From assembly GCF_009914755.1 (NCBI RefSeq), contig NC_060944.1: a stretch of DNA of 64,000 nt. One strand, 5' to 3'. The position numbers were made by a program, and so were the translations under genes. The notes beneath the pieces are model-generated. The model had not been told where the DNA came from, made no database searches, and saw nothing but the letters and a program-made list of their open reading frames with translations. The stretch is from the human T2T-CHM13v2.0 reference genome, Homo sapiens. Shown piece by piece: positions 1 through 11,689 of the stretch. Each line of letters starts with the position of its first letter. Position 1 is the stretch's first letter.

Positions 1-78
1 CTTGCTGTTAAGGCTTTGGGTTCTTCTTTTTCAGTCGATGTCAGTGTTGAGGCTTTGTGTGTTGGCAATTTTTAGTTG

Positions 79-590
79 TGTATCGATTAACCATTGCTAC
101 AATAATGCTATGTAACAAGCCATCCCAGAACTTCAGGCTTACAACACTTACTTGTAGTTTCTAGTAATATGGTTGCATTGGTTCTACTGATCTGAGCATA
201 TCCCATCAGGGCTCATTCACATGCCTACACTCAGCTCTGTATTAGCTTGTTGGTTTCATTTGACTTGGAGGGGCAATGATGTGGCTGGGCTCTCAGCAGA
301 GAAGAATGGGCTCTGCTCCACATGGTACCTCATCCTCCAAGAGGCTAGCACTGGGTTTTTCTCAGGCTAGTCCAGTCATAATATCATGGCAATCACATAG
401 CAGCAAAAAGAAAGCATAAATGCTCAGGCATCATTTCTTCTTGAATCGAGTCAGCTAATATCCTGTTGCTTAAAGAAAGTCTATGGCCAAGCCAAGAGCA
501 AGCGTAGGAGGGAGCTACAAAGTTATAGGGCAAACGATGTGGCTACATGGAGGCTATTAATTGGGGTGCTAATGAAACCAATCTACCACA
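79..590 (-). mobile_element. MaLR solo LTR (MLT1, probably MLT1H-like)
   Basis: Begins tgtatc...aataatgctatgtaacaa and ends ctaccaca (reverse complement of the MLT1 TGTGGTAG...TACA termini); similar to the copies at 33897 and 47130. Confidence 0.75.
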
Positions 591-723
591 GATGGCATGG
601 ATCCACTGCATATGGAAGCCACCACCTTTCAGGAAGACCTCCCCAACTGGACTTTTAAAATAGCCTTTCTCTCCAGATGCCCTACCTATCATCTCATCTG
701 CCTGTTAAGAATGGGTACATCTG

Positions 724-1026
724 GGCCGGGTGCAGTGGCTCACGCCTGTAATCCCAGCATTTTGGGAGGCCAAGGCGGGTGGACCACCTGAGGTCAGGAG
801 TTCGAGTCCAGCCTGGCCAACATGGTGAAACCTTGTCTCTACTAAAAATACAAAAATTAGCTGGGCATGGTGGCAGGCACCCATAATTCCAGCTACTTGG
901 GATGCTGAGGCAAGAATCGCTTGAACCTGGGAGGCGGAGGGTGCAATGAGCCTAGATCGTGCCATTGTACTCCAGTCTGGGCAACGAGAGCGAGACTTCG
1001 TCTAAAAAAAAAAAAAGGGAAAAAAA
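724..1026 (+). mobile_element. Full-length AluS (AluSx/Sq-like)
   Basis: Dimeric Alu starting ggccgggtgcagtggctcacgcc, with poly(A) tail and a perfect 17-bp TSD aagaatgggtacatctg (707-723 and 1027-1043). Confidence 0.97.
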
Positions 1027-1164
1027 AAGAATGGGTACATCTGGGATGACCGTACCTTAAATACAAGACATGACCTGTTAACACTGCCAAAAAGAAATGC
1101 TTCAGTGATACCTTCTAATGGTGGAGGAACATAGCTTGTCAATACTCAGCAAGCAATAATCATG

Positions 1165-1577
1165 CCTTAAGGGTTGATGTTGGCTTTGTGCCCAGATCCC
1201 CTTGGGCTGGTGATTCTCCAGCTGCTGCTAGTGTTGGCTTTTATTAGCCCCCAACTGAGTCCTATGGAGAACTGCTCCTAGCCCACGGTTCACATCCCAC
1301 CCACTGCCTTCTGCGGGGTAGCCTGTCTGACACAGTGCAAACATCCCAACCAGTTTTCCTCAAGATGGGACATCTCTGTGGTATAATCCATGCTCCAGAA
1401 CTCCCTTGGGTCCACGCTCAGGGTGGACTCCAGCTGAGGCCACAGCCTTACTCAGCTCTGCCTCATTCACTTTCTGCTTCCCTCCTTCTCCTGTTCCTGA
1501 GAGTCACTCTCAAGAAATCACGGGCATCCCAATCCCTGTCTCAGACTCTGGTTTTAGAAAACTCAACCTGAAATACA
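1165..1577 (+). mobile_element. ERVL solo LTR (LTR16-like)
   Basis: 3' end cctgagagtcactctcaagaaatcac...tctcagactctggttttagaaaactcaacctgaaataca resembles the LTR16 3' terminus. Confidence 0.6.
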
Positions 1578-1599
1578 TGTTACAATGTTATTTTCTGTC

Positions 1600-1925
1600 A
1601 TTTTCTTTTGTTTTTTTAAAGCAAAAAAAGCATAGATTTATTGAAACAAAAGTATACTCCACAGAACGGGAGCGGGCTTGAGCAAGTGGCTCAGGAGCCC
1701 AGATTACAGAATTTTCTGGGGTTCAAATACTCTCTAGAGGTTGCCTATTGGTTACTTGGTTACACCCTATGTAAATAAAGGAGTGGCCCATGACCAGTTT
1801 GATTGGCTCTAGGAGAGGACCAATCACTGGCTGAAGCAGAGTTACAAAGTTACATATGAAGACTTGGCCCACAACCAGTCTGATTGGTTGTGGGACAGGA
1901 CCAATCAGAGGTACTTTCCATCTGT
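1600..1925 (-). mobile_element. ERV1 LTR fragment (MER51-like) with multiple CCAAT boxes
   Basis: gagcccagattacagaattttctggggttcaaatactctctagagg...ggttacaccctatgtaaat and repeated ATTGG/CCAAT words match MER51; AATAAA lies on the minus strand near 1637-1642. Confidence 0.75.
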
Positions 1926-1927
1926 CT

Positions 1928-2789
1928 TTATTATTATTATTATTATTATTATACTTTAAGTTCTAGGGTACATGTGCACAACGTGCAGGTTTGTTACATA
2001 TGTATACATGTGTCATGTTGGTGTGCTGCACCCATTAACTCATCATTTACATTAGGTATATCTCCTAATGCTATCCCTCCCCTCTCCCCCCACCTCATGA
2101 CCGGCCCCGGTGTGTGATGTTCCCCACCCTGTGTCCAAGTGTTCTCATTGTTCAATTCCCACCTATAAGTGAGAACATGCGGTGTTTGGTTTTTTGTCCT
2201 TGTGATAGTTTGCTGAGAATGATGGTTTCCAGCTTCATCCATGTCCCTACAAAGGACATGAACTCATCCTTTTTTATGGCTGCATAGTATTCCATGGTAT
2301 ATATGTGCCACATTTTCTTAATCCAGTCTATCATTGATGGACATTTGGGCTGGTTCCAAGTCTTTGCTATTGTGAATAGTGCTGCAGTAAACATACGTGT
2401 GCATGTGTCTTTATAGCAGCATGATTTGTAATCTTTTGGGTATATACCCAGTAATGGGATGGCTGGATCAAATGGTATTTCTAGTTCTAGATCCTTGAGG
2501 AATCACCACACTGTCTTCCACAATGGTTGAACTAATTTACAGTCCCACCAACAGTGTAAAAGTGTTCCTATTTCTCCACATCCTCTCCAGCACCTGTTGT
2601 TTCCTGACCTTTTAATGATCGCCATTCTAACTAGTGTGACATGGTATCTCATTGTGGTTTTGATTTGCATTTTTCTGATGGCCAGTGATGATGAGCATTT
2701 TTTCATGTGTCTGTTGGCTGCATAAATGTCTTCTTTTGAGAAGTGTCTGTTCATTTCCTTTGCCCACTTTTTGATGGGGTTGTTTTTTG
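1928..2789 (-). mobile_element. 5'-truncated L1PA (3' UTR plus ORF2 C-terminal remnant)
   Basis: (TTA)n tail followed by actttaagttctagggtacatgtgcac. ORFs 2152-2394 and 2503-2793 translate as L1 ORF2 C-terminus ([20 protein letters not shown]..., WNQPKCPSMIDWIKKMW). Confidence 0.97.
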
Positions 2790-2999
2790 TCATTTTCTCT
2801 ATGTATTTTTTTTAAATTCTCAATGCCTTGAAAAAATAGAGAAAACTTCACAGATACAAAATGAGATTAAATTCAGACATTTATGAGATATATTTTTAAA
2901 GGCCCTATTTCAAAATATTCAGTGCACATGTATGTATTGAGGCAGTCTTGGAGGAAGGGACATCAACTTTGCTTCAGAGAAAATGAATTTATCTCCTCA

Positions 3000-3440
3000 G
3001 TCTACCTGGCTCTGCCACTTATTGATCCTGAGAATTTATGAAGAACTTTTTTTAAATAATTTTTTTATTATGCTTTAATTTCTGGGGTACATGTGCAGAA
3101 TGTGCAGGTTTGTTACATAGGTATACACGTGCCATGGTGGTTTGCTGCACCCATCAACCCGTCATCTATATTAGGTATTTCTCCTAATGCTATCCCTACC
3201 CCATCCCCCCAACCCCTGACAGGCCCCGGTCTGTGATGTTCCCCTCCCTGTGTCCATGTGTTCTCATTGTTCAACTCCCGCTTATGAGTGAGAACATGCA
3301 GTGTTTGGTTTTTCGTTCTTGTGTTAGTTTGCTCAACTTGATTCTCTGTATTCTCATATGCAAAATGGTAATAATAATTACTATTGCAAGGGATTTTGTT
3401 GAGAATTAAGTTAAATGAGATAATGCATGTCAAAGGAGTT
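3000..3440 (+). mobile_element. MIR interrupted by an L1PA
   Basis: cctggctctgccact before the L1 and ctcatatgcaaaatggtaataataa...aaatgagataatgcatgt after it form a MIR core. Confidence 0.65.
3046..3334 (-). mobile_element. Short L1PA 3' end (L1PA6-8-like)
   Basis: T-rich tail then ggggtacatgtgcagaatgtgcaggtttgttacataggtatacacgtgccatggtggtttgc, an L1 3' UTR. Confidence 0.93.
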
Positions 3441-6400
3441 TCAAGGGCTACAGATATGCTATTTTTACTTGTAGACTGTATTTTCTTATAACTCAGAGCT
3501 TTAGAAACCCGATGCAACTACCTAATGCCAGTAAAATGGAGTCGTAAAGTAATAAAGAAAACTGATTGTCTTGTTTCCTATTTTTTTTGAAAACTGATTT
3601 TGTTGCTTACTGTTTTTATCATTTGGTCAAAACTGAAACGTAAGTTTTGTATCTCTATCCAGATACAAAGACAGATTTTTGGCTTTCGTTACAACAGCAC
3701 AGTAAGATACAAAAATGTTCACTTCATTTTAATGTTATATTTTGACTTCCTCTCCTGAATGCTACTTCAGGCATATGGCAAAATAAACTTTCAAAATTAG
3801 GAAGCTCTGAGAAATAAATAATAATGTAAACATTCTTTATTTGTGAAATGTAGATCTTTTCCTTTAAAAAAAAAAAGCCTGGCTAACCTTATTTAATTCT
3901 ACTGAGCTTTACAATTTGGGGGTATTATAATCAGGAGATTGTAGATTCGAGCTGAAAAGGACACTTTTCTTGGTACTGCATCAGTGGTAAAATTCACCTG
4001 TGTTTTGGGTTAGTCCAGGGTTAAATTGAAAATAATACTTTTTAGTATTTGTGGCCAGAATGATTACCAAACAATCTCTATCAAAACAGCCATTTCTTCT
4101 TAATAAAAATAATGTTCCGGAGATGTTGCATAGCACTGTGACCCAGATTCACACACTTGTGCTAAGAGTACCTGTGTGTGCAAAGACTTCTCTTGTCATC
4201 ACTTTCCTAATCACATTACATTGACTTTCTTCATTTCTTTCTCCCCCACACCCTGCCCTTCAACTTGCTAAGTACACAGTGTATTTTCTTCCTAAAAGAC
4301 TTTCTTTTTGGTTCAAAAATATTTTTTTCAGGAATTTGAAAGATTCAAGGGAAAGGAAAAGAGTTAGCTGACTTAGATTCAAGTCAAGGTTGATGCTGAT
4401 TGTTATGTAACATGGGCATGTAATAAATGGGAATGCAAATCTCCAAGACTGTTGATACTGGACAAGGTTTGGGGAATTTTGGACAGAGATTTTCATATAT
4501 GTTACAGCATCTTCAGTTAATGAGGAGAAACTATATGTGCTTAGATTGATAGATAAGTAGATTGATTAATCAGTCAATATACTGATTAATCTGAAAAAAA
4601 TAGGAATCACATTCTTCAAAGAAAACTCAGTGATGAGAATTCTTAAGATGAAGATCTTAAGTTTTCATTCTTTGGTATTTATTCTTTAGTGTGTGTTTAT
4701 CCTGCTGTCTGTGACTTAAATCCAATGTTTCCTCTTCTACTTTTTGAAAGTGAATACTGGTAGAAGATTCTTGCTTATTTCTGTCAATAGGGTTTGAAAT
4801 AATTAATCTGACTTGATTAAATGCCTCAGTTATATAGTAGCATTTAAAAAATTATGGAGCCACTGTTACATAATTGGCCTCAATCCCATCTTGTACCCCT
4901 TTTGCTGATAGAGCAAAACAAACCTACGCAAATATGGAAGAAATTACCCACAGCAGTTACCAACCCCCGTGCTGCTTAGAAGAATGCATTGTTGTGCATA
5001 AACTCAGGATAAAAATACTGAACATTTTTCAACCATGGCTGTGTGTTGATTTCTGTGCCATTGTGTTTTGTTTGCTATTTTAAATTTTTGTCTACAATGT
5101 TTCACTGACAGTGGTAGACATCATTCCCTTAGATGCTTTTGGTTTGCCTAGAAGAAATGTGGGAATAAAAGAGATGAGGACGATTACACTTTGGCTTCCT
5201 TCAATTTTTCTTTTGGCAGTTTAGTCTAACCTCATCTTCTTTTGTTGATTTTGTAATATGAGAATTTAAGGCATTCAATAGTAGGTTATATGATTGAAAT
5301 TGTTGGCCATCTCTACTTCCATGAAGGGTGTGTACATACCTACCTCCAGTAGAATCTCAATATCCCATTGTAATTCCTGATAGAATTAAGAATCCATGCT
5401 TTAGAATGAATGAAAACCTTAAAACCAGGTTAAATTTATTTTATGGAAAACCATTTATATTACTTTAAGTTCATGGTTCTTATTTGTTCCTCTCATTGTT
5501 ATTACTTTTTGAGTCTTTGATCTTAAGTGGAGAAATTTCTGCAGAGGCTCCTCAAAGAAGTAGCACATATATAATAGCTGGGTCATAAGAGAGCTTGATT
5601 TATAAAATGTTTGATTAATAGAGAAAAGAGGCAAGGTAGAGAGTCTTGTCTCCAGAAACAAAGTTGTCTTTAAAAGTATGTAAAATTAAAGCTTGAATCT
5701 CTTGGAACCAACCAAGACAGAAATAAAATTAATATTCATGTAGGTGTATGGGCTGAAGCATCCTACAATCCAATTACATAACAGGGACAAACTAAGGTAA
5801 CCCTGGTGTAATGTCTTGTAAAAGAAGAAGTGAGGTTATATAATTAGACTGCATTTATCAAGTAGCACATTCCACCTACACAGGCTCTGAAGAAAGAAAG
5901 AGGAAGTGGGGAGGGAAAGATTTCTAAGGAATAATGACTAAGAACAGTTTGATATGTACGTTTGTGTCATCCTTTCAAGATTTTTTTTGCTTTTAGTATT
6001 ATGCATAGCATCACTTAGGCGTCTAATGGCTTACAGTTTTGTCCTTCAAAGACCTTGATCAAGCCAGTCTTTGGGGCAAAAAGAAGAGCTTAGATATGGG
6101 TGGAGGGAAAGAAAAACTGGACCCTTTAAGAATTGTGTCTAAGGAAAACGGTCAAGAACAGTTAACTAAGAATATGTTTACTTGGAAAGATCATTTTCAT
6201 ATTGGTAAGTAGAGTTATTAGGTGAATAGAGAGCATATGTTTTGTGCCTTGAGAGGATTAGACTAGGGTAATATTATCACTGTTGATAATGCAGATATTG
6301 CAGTATGTTTTGTTAATCCAACAAAGGTATCATAGGAAGGTACAAAAGATAGAAAAAAAATCCAAGATGGTAATAAGGAGCTTTATTATGGTGACCAGTA

Positions 6401-8059
6401 TACAGGAGGGGCAATGGATAGGGCAGAATCATTCGAACCACCACCTTTATGGTTGTCTCTGTTTCACTCGTTCAGCATCAGTCCTTGTAAGATGTTTCTC
6501 AGTGCTGTGCTATTAAAGTTGAAACAACAGTAATTCCTGCTGAAGAAGTATATTTAGCCAATTGACCTCGAGTATACCCACATTAGAAAACTACACTCCA
6601 AACCAGTTTCCCAGGTTGTTTTCTCCTATTCTTTCCAGTGTTGGAGTTTGTTGGAAATGCTAAGGAAATGTCCTCGCACCAAATTTATCAGATATCAGAA
6701 GTGTAGTACCTTTTGCTTGTCTCAAACTTGGGGTGATAGCTGTTGATTGAAGAAATAAAAAATATTGAAGTCCCTGCTAAGTTAAATGTAATTGCTGAAA
6801 TGGCCAACATTTCATGCAATCAGTACAATCATGCAATCATACAATCAGTACATGAATACTCTGCCATCGTTAGTGTTTTTGCTCCCTCTGAGTGCAAAAC
6901 ATCTGGTGAGGAGCATGCAGCACATGTATGTATGACTTCCCCATTTTCAGTGGATGTACTCATTCCTGACACAAAGGAGAGCAAATAAAAGTAAAGCAAT
7001 GACAATTAAAATGTACCAATTCCCCAAATACAGACTGATGCAATAATAAGTTTAAGAGACAGCAATAATGAACAACAAAGATTGTTGAATACATGAGAAA
7101 ATTTGTTTCAAATTCTACCCTTTGGAGATAATCATCATTAAAGCTGGATGAACTAAATTTTAACAAGGAAGTTGGCGAGTAACCAAATCTATATTTAAAG
7201 GCTTTCAGCCTACCAAATCTTGCATGTATGTAACCGTCATTTTATGACTTGGCTTTTCATTTCATTAATATTAACCAACAATAACTTCCTTTTGGCTCTG
7301 ATGGACTTAAGTCTAAAGGTCTCGAAGTTGAAATTGGAAAAATTGAGTTGCTTTTTATACTAATTTCTGATTGCTATTTTTACTTCTTTTATGGTAGAGG
7401 CTATATTTTATATATACATCATTTGGCAACAGTAATTCACTTCTAAGCTTTTATGGTGCAAAATCAATTGCCAATTTGGTGATAATATAGGCAGGCACTA
7501 ATAGTGCTGCTTTGCCACTTCAAAGCATCCAGCCCGAGAAATTTCATAAGCAGGAAACCTAACCCCGCTGGCTGAACTGATATAAAGAACTGCCTCTTAT
7601 GTGTTCCCTTAGATTTGAATTTTTCAAAGCTCCTCTGGAATATTGTATTTTTGGAGCAATCACAATTTTCATTTATTTCAAGAAGTTGATTTCCTGTAGG
7701 CTTCAAAGATATTACAGTTCTGCATGGATTAGTTTTAAAAACCGGAGTGAGCATATGAATTGTTTCTAAAATGTATGGTGTAAGTGCCATGGGCACTGGT
7801 ATGGAATGGATATGGATTCTGATGTTCCCTCTTCCATATAAAGTGTACTTGGGAAAATCTGTTTCCTGATCTGTAACATTCAGACAACAATAGTTCATAG
7901 AACTAATGACTCAGAAGATGCAAATGTATCTCCATATGTTAATACTATTGAAAGTAATAGGAAGATATAGGAGAAAAAATCATCATACTGAAATTAGTAG
8001 AAGTGATGAATGGAGGCAGAAGAAACTAGCTGGATATTTTCAGTGGAAAAACTCATTTT

Positions 8060-8990
8060 AAATCATGAATAACCACTGTTAGCAACTTTCCATATTTGCT
8101 CTCAGTATTTTTTAAAGCGTGTCATTGTTTTTGCACCACACACACACATTTGTGTTTGTATGTGTGTCAAATAGTGAAAAAAATCACAAAATCAGAGCCC
8201 CAAGTCTACCACCCAGAAACAACCATTATTTCATTGGCTTAACATCATTTTAAATATACATGCAATTATCAATATAGATAAAAGCATATAAAATAGTTTT
8301 ATAAAAACTAATTATACAGATACTATTTTAACATGAAGCCTTAAAATTTTTGTTTTAATATTGATTGCCTCTCTGTGAAGCATGAGAACGTTTGTCCCCT
8401 TGTGTGTCCCTCCCTCTCTGCCTCTGTTTGGATTTTTGTTACTTGTGTCGTTTTTTTTTTACACTGTGTATCTCTAAAACATTCATGGTGACTTGAACCA
8501 TGATTTCCATATTTCATTAGTACTAGCACTATATTTAAATAAGATCAATGTTCTCCTGCCTCATTTGCCAGGGCTTTGCATTCTTAAATTATTCATCTTG
8601 CTTCTTCTCTAAATTGTCTCTATTTCATCATCAAGGTCTATTTTTTTAATATTTTTAGGAAGGGTTCAGAAGTGTATGTGTTTTATGAGATCTTCCATGT
8701 TGGCCAATGTCAGCCATTTGCCTTAAAAATTAATACTTTAGCATAATATAATATTTTTGGAGTCACATTTGTAGCCATTGCTCCATGGGCTTCTAGCACT
8801 AAATATTGCTGTGCAGAAGTCTGAGGAGAACCTGTTCTTTCCCTGCGATGAGTTATTTGCTTTTCGTGCCTGGATGCTTGAAAAAGTCTTCTCTTTATTT
8901 TCCTCTGGACAAGGATATTTTTCATAGTTGTTTTGCCCTTTTTTAAAAATCTTGCTTCGATGCCCCTTTTCAAACATTCTCTCTTGTCTT
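8060..8990 (-). mobile_element. Ancient L1M fragments
   Basis: Degenerate L1ME/MC-like words, e.g. ctagcactaaatattgctgtgcagaagtctgagg; heavily diverged. Confidence 0.45.
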
Positions 8991-9213
8991 TTAAAGTATT
9001 GGTGACTTCTTGTCTTTCTTTATCTGAGAACAGAATGCTTCTTTTTCACAGGCTTTGGTTTGAGAGCTGAATATTTCACGTTCTTTCTGATTTTCTTGAG
9101 AAGGGAGGCTGAAGGGAATACTGATGTCATATATGTTCTTTCTAGAATTTCAGGTCTATTTTCTCTCCCGATACTTTGTTAAATGTCCGGTACCAGGTTT
9201 GCTTTGCATCAGC

Positions 9214-9218
<5 letters not shown>

Positions 9219-9260
<42 letters not shown>
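9219..9260. repeat. (TG)21 microsatellite
   Basis: Uninterrupted TG run seen directly. Confidence 0.98.
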
Positions 9261-9262
<2 letters not shown>

Positions 9263-10881
9263 GCGGCACATGGTCAGGCTTCATTAGCTTTCTCAAATCA
9301 TTCTGAAGCAGTGGATGAATTCTTCCCTTAATTCAAAGAAATTATTGTTTCCTATTGTCCTCAGTGAGAAGCATCTTTGCTATTACTCAGACTAGGGAAA
9401 CTACCAGGACACCCATTCAACTTGTTTCTTTCTCAATTTGTGGTTATGAACAAGAATTCTCAGTAAGTTTGGACTCAACCATTGACTTGGAGGAGGCATC
9501 AGTGTTAGGAGTCAGTGACTTGCTCTGCCCTAGAAATTTCTGTTATTTTCTTAGCTGTCAGAGTTACTGCATTAGGTCTAGCTTTGTTTCTTGTATGTTC
9601 TTGTTTTATTTTGTTTATAACTGTTTTGCCCATGTTTAAATGTATTCTGTGAAGTAGTTTTTATCTTCTGTCTTAACCTGAAAATCAGTAAAGGGTTTTA
9701 ACCTAAGCCCGGAAAGTTACTGCTATTTCCTTTGCAGATGGTGCATTGTCCCTGTGGGGGAGCTGTCTAGAGGGTATAACCAACTGTGTGAACTAGGCCT
9801 ATCAGAAGGACATTTCACTGAACACCTGCTGGCTTTTATTTTTTTACTTTATCTTTTGTCAGTGTCAAGGGTATTATATTTTTTCCTTTTTTTTTTTCAT
9901 CACCACTTACAAGCCAGATAAGACAGAACATTCACACCTCACTGACTTTCTTTTTATTGGGAAATTTTTATTTTTCCTCTTGATTTATTTTTTCTTGCTC
10001 TGAGTAGGTTTATAAAACTAAAGTGAGGAACATTCAGATAAGATGCACTGTCAAGATTATTCTAAACCCCAGCATCTTTACTATTTTGAAAGCAAAACTT
10101 AAAACAAAAAAGATTAATTAAAAATGTTCTTAAAATTTGAAGGTGTTTTCCTTTCCAAAATGTATTTCTGCAGGAATTCCCACTGATTTGAAAGATAAAA
10201 TTGTATCAGATCAACATCTCCAGTTAAAAAGCTAGTTTTCCATGTTTTATTTCCAAATGCTATCAAGGGGATAAAATTTAAACTTTTTTTGTGCACACAT
10301 GTTATTCACATGTGAGAATAATGAAACATAATATTCCATTTTTCTGCTGTATCCTTTGCTACATGTAGAGTGCTGCTTGGGAAACCTGCCTCACAGTATG
10401 GTTGTGAGGATTAAATGTGCAATTATATAGAAAGCACTTGATAAGCACTTAATACATATTATCTGTGGCTGCTGCTCCTTTCATTGTTATGTCATACAAT
10501 GGAAATTTCCTCATGGATTTCTTCTTTTGAGTGTTCTTTTTTTACACTGTTAACTCCTTAAATGAGATTTTTGCATAATATTTAAAGTACAAATTCTATT
10601 GGTTGTCCAAAGCTCTATTTGAGCTTTTTTCCAAAATATGTTGTTTTGTTTGATAAAATGGGATGTAAGGGAAGCCAATGGGCTATGTTGGAGATAGGCC
10701 TCGAGTGCATCCTTTGTGCCCATCTTCAGAAATTGGCCCTCAGCCTGAATCACCAAGCCCAGTACTGTAAAGGATTCATATATACAACAGCACAACCATA
10801 GCCCCGCCATGAAATACTGCTGGAATTCAGGAGTTGGACTTCTATATCCTTGATTTTAATCTTAACCCCACTCTTGGGTAG

Positions 10882-11163
<282 letters not shown>

Positions 11164-11378
11164 ACATTGCATTTCTCCAATAGTTCAATTCCCTTTGCAC
11201 ACATGAAAATTATATGTGAAATCATCGTATATGAGGATCCCATCATACCAAGCCATGTATAAAAGAGAAGGTATTTTGAGCATAGCATCCTAAGTCTGGA
11301 TTATTTTAAATGAATAGTTATTGTACTTGATGATTTATTTCAAATTTCCTCTTTAAATTACTGTAAATGTTTCACAAC

Positions 11379-11502
11379 ATAAATGCTACTCTAATATATT
11401 TCTTAGATATATAAATGCTACTCTAAGATATTTCTATATATATAAATGCTACTCTAATATATTTCTTAGATATATAAATGCTACTTTAATATATTTCTTA
11501 GA
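11379..11502. repeat. 32-bp minisatellite, ~3.9 copies
   Basis: Unit ataaatgctactctaatatatttcttagatat at 11379, 11411, 11442 and 11474, head-to-tail. Confidence 0.95.
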
Positions 11503-11640
11503 CTCACAGTTTTGACACTAAGTTTGTTATAAGTGCAGAATCTCAGACTCCAACCCCAACCCAGACATACTGAATCAGAATTTGCATTTTACTGAGATTC
11601 CCCAGAAATTCCTAAGCATGTTAATGTTTAATATTACAGA
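11503..11640. mobile_element. MER5-type hAT/Charlie MITE fragment
   Basis: tgcagaatctcagactccaaccccaacccagacatactgaatcagaatttgcatttt...ccccag matches the MER5A/B core. Confidence 0.7.
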
Positions 11641-11689
11641 ACTAATATAGTTGATACTGTTAATAGGGAAAGCCATAACACTCAAGAGA

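Noticed and set aside
705-1090. Alu-derived ORFs (also 14014-14304, 19864-20325, 41670-41981, 42268-42660)
   Set aside because: Typical antisense-Alu translations ([15 protein letters not shown]); no evidence of coding function.
1884-2851. ORFs with clear protein similarity (L1 ORF2 C-terminus)
   Set aside because: Broken remnants of a 5'-truncated L1PA, not a host gene or an active element.
7464-7898. 144-aa minus-strand ORF in mostly unique sequence
   Set aside because: No recognisable domain, its 5' part overlaps MIR-like sequence, and the length is compatible with chance in 64 kb.
11379-11502. ~32-bp repeats superficially CRISPR-like
   Set aside because: Head-to-tail with no unique spacers, no cas genes, and the DNA is primate.
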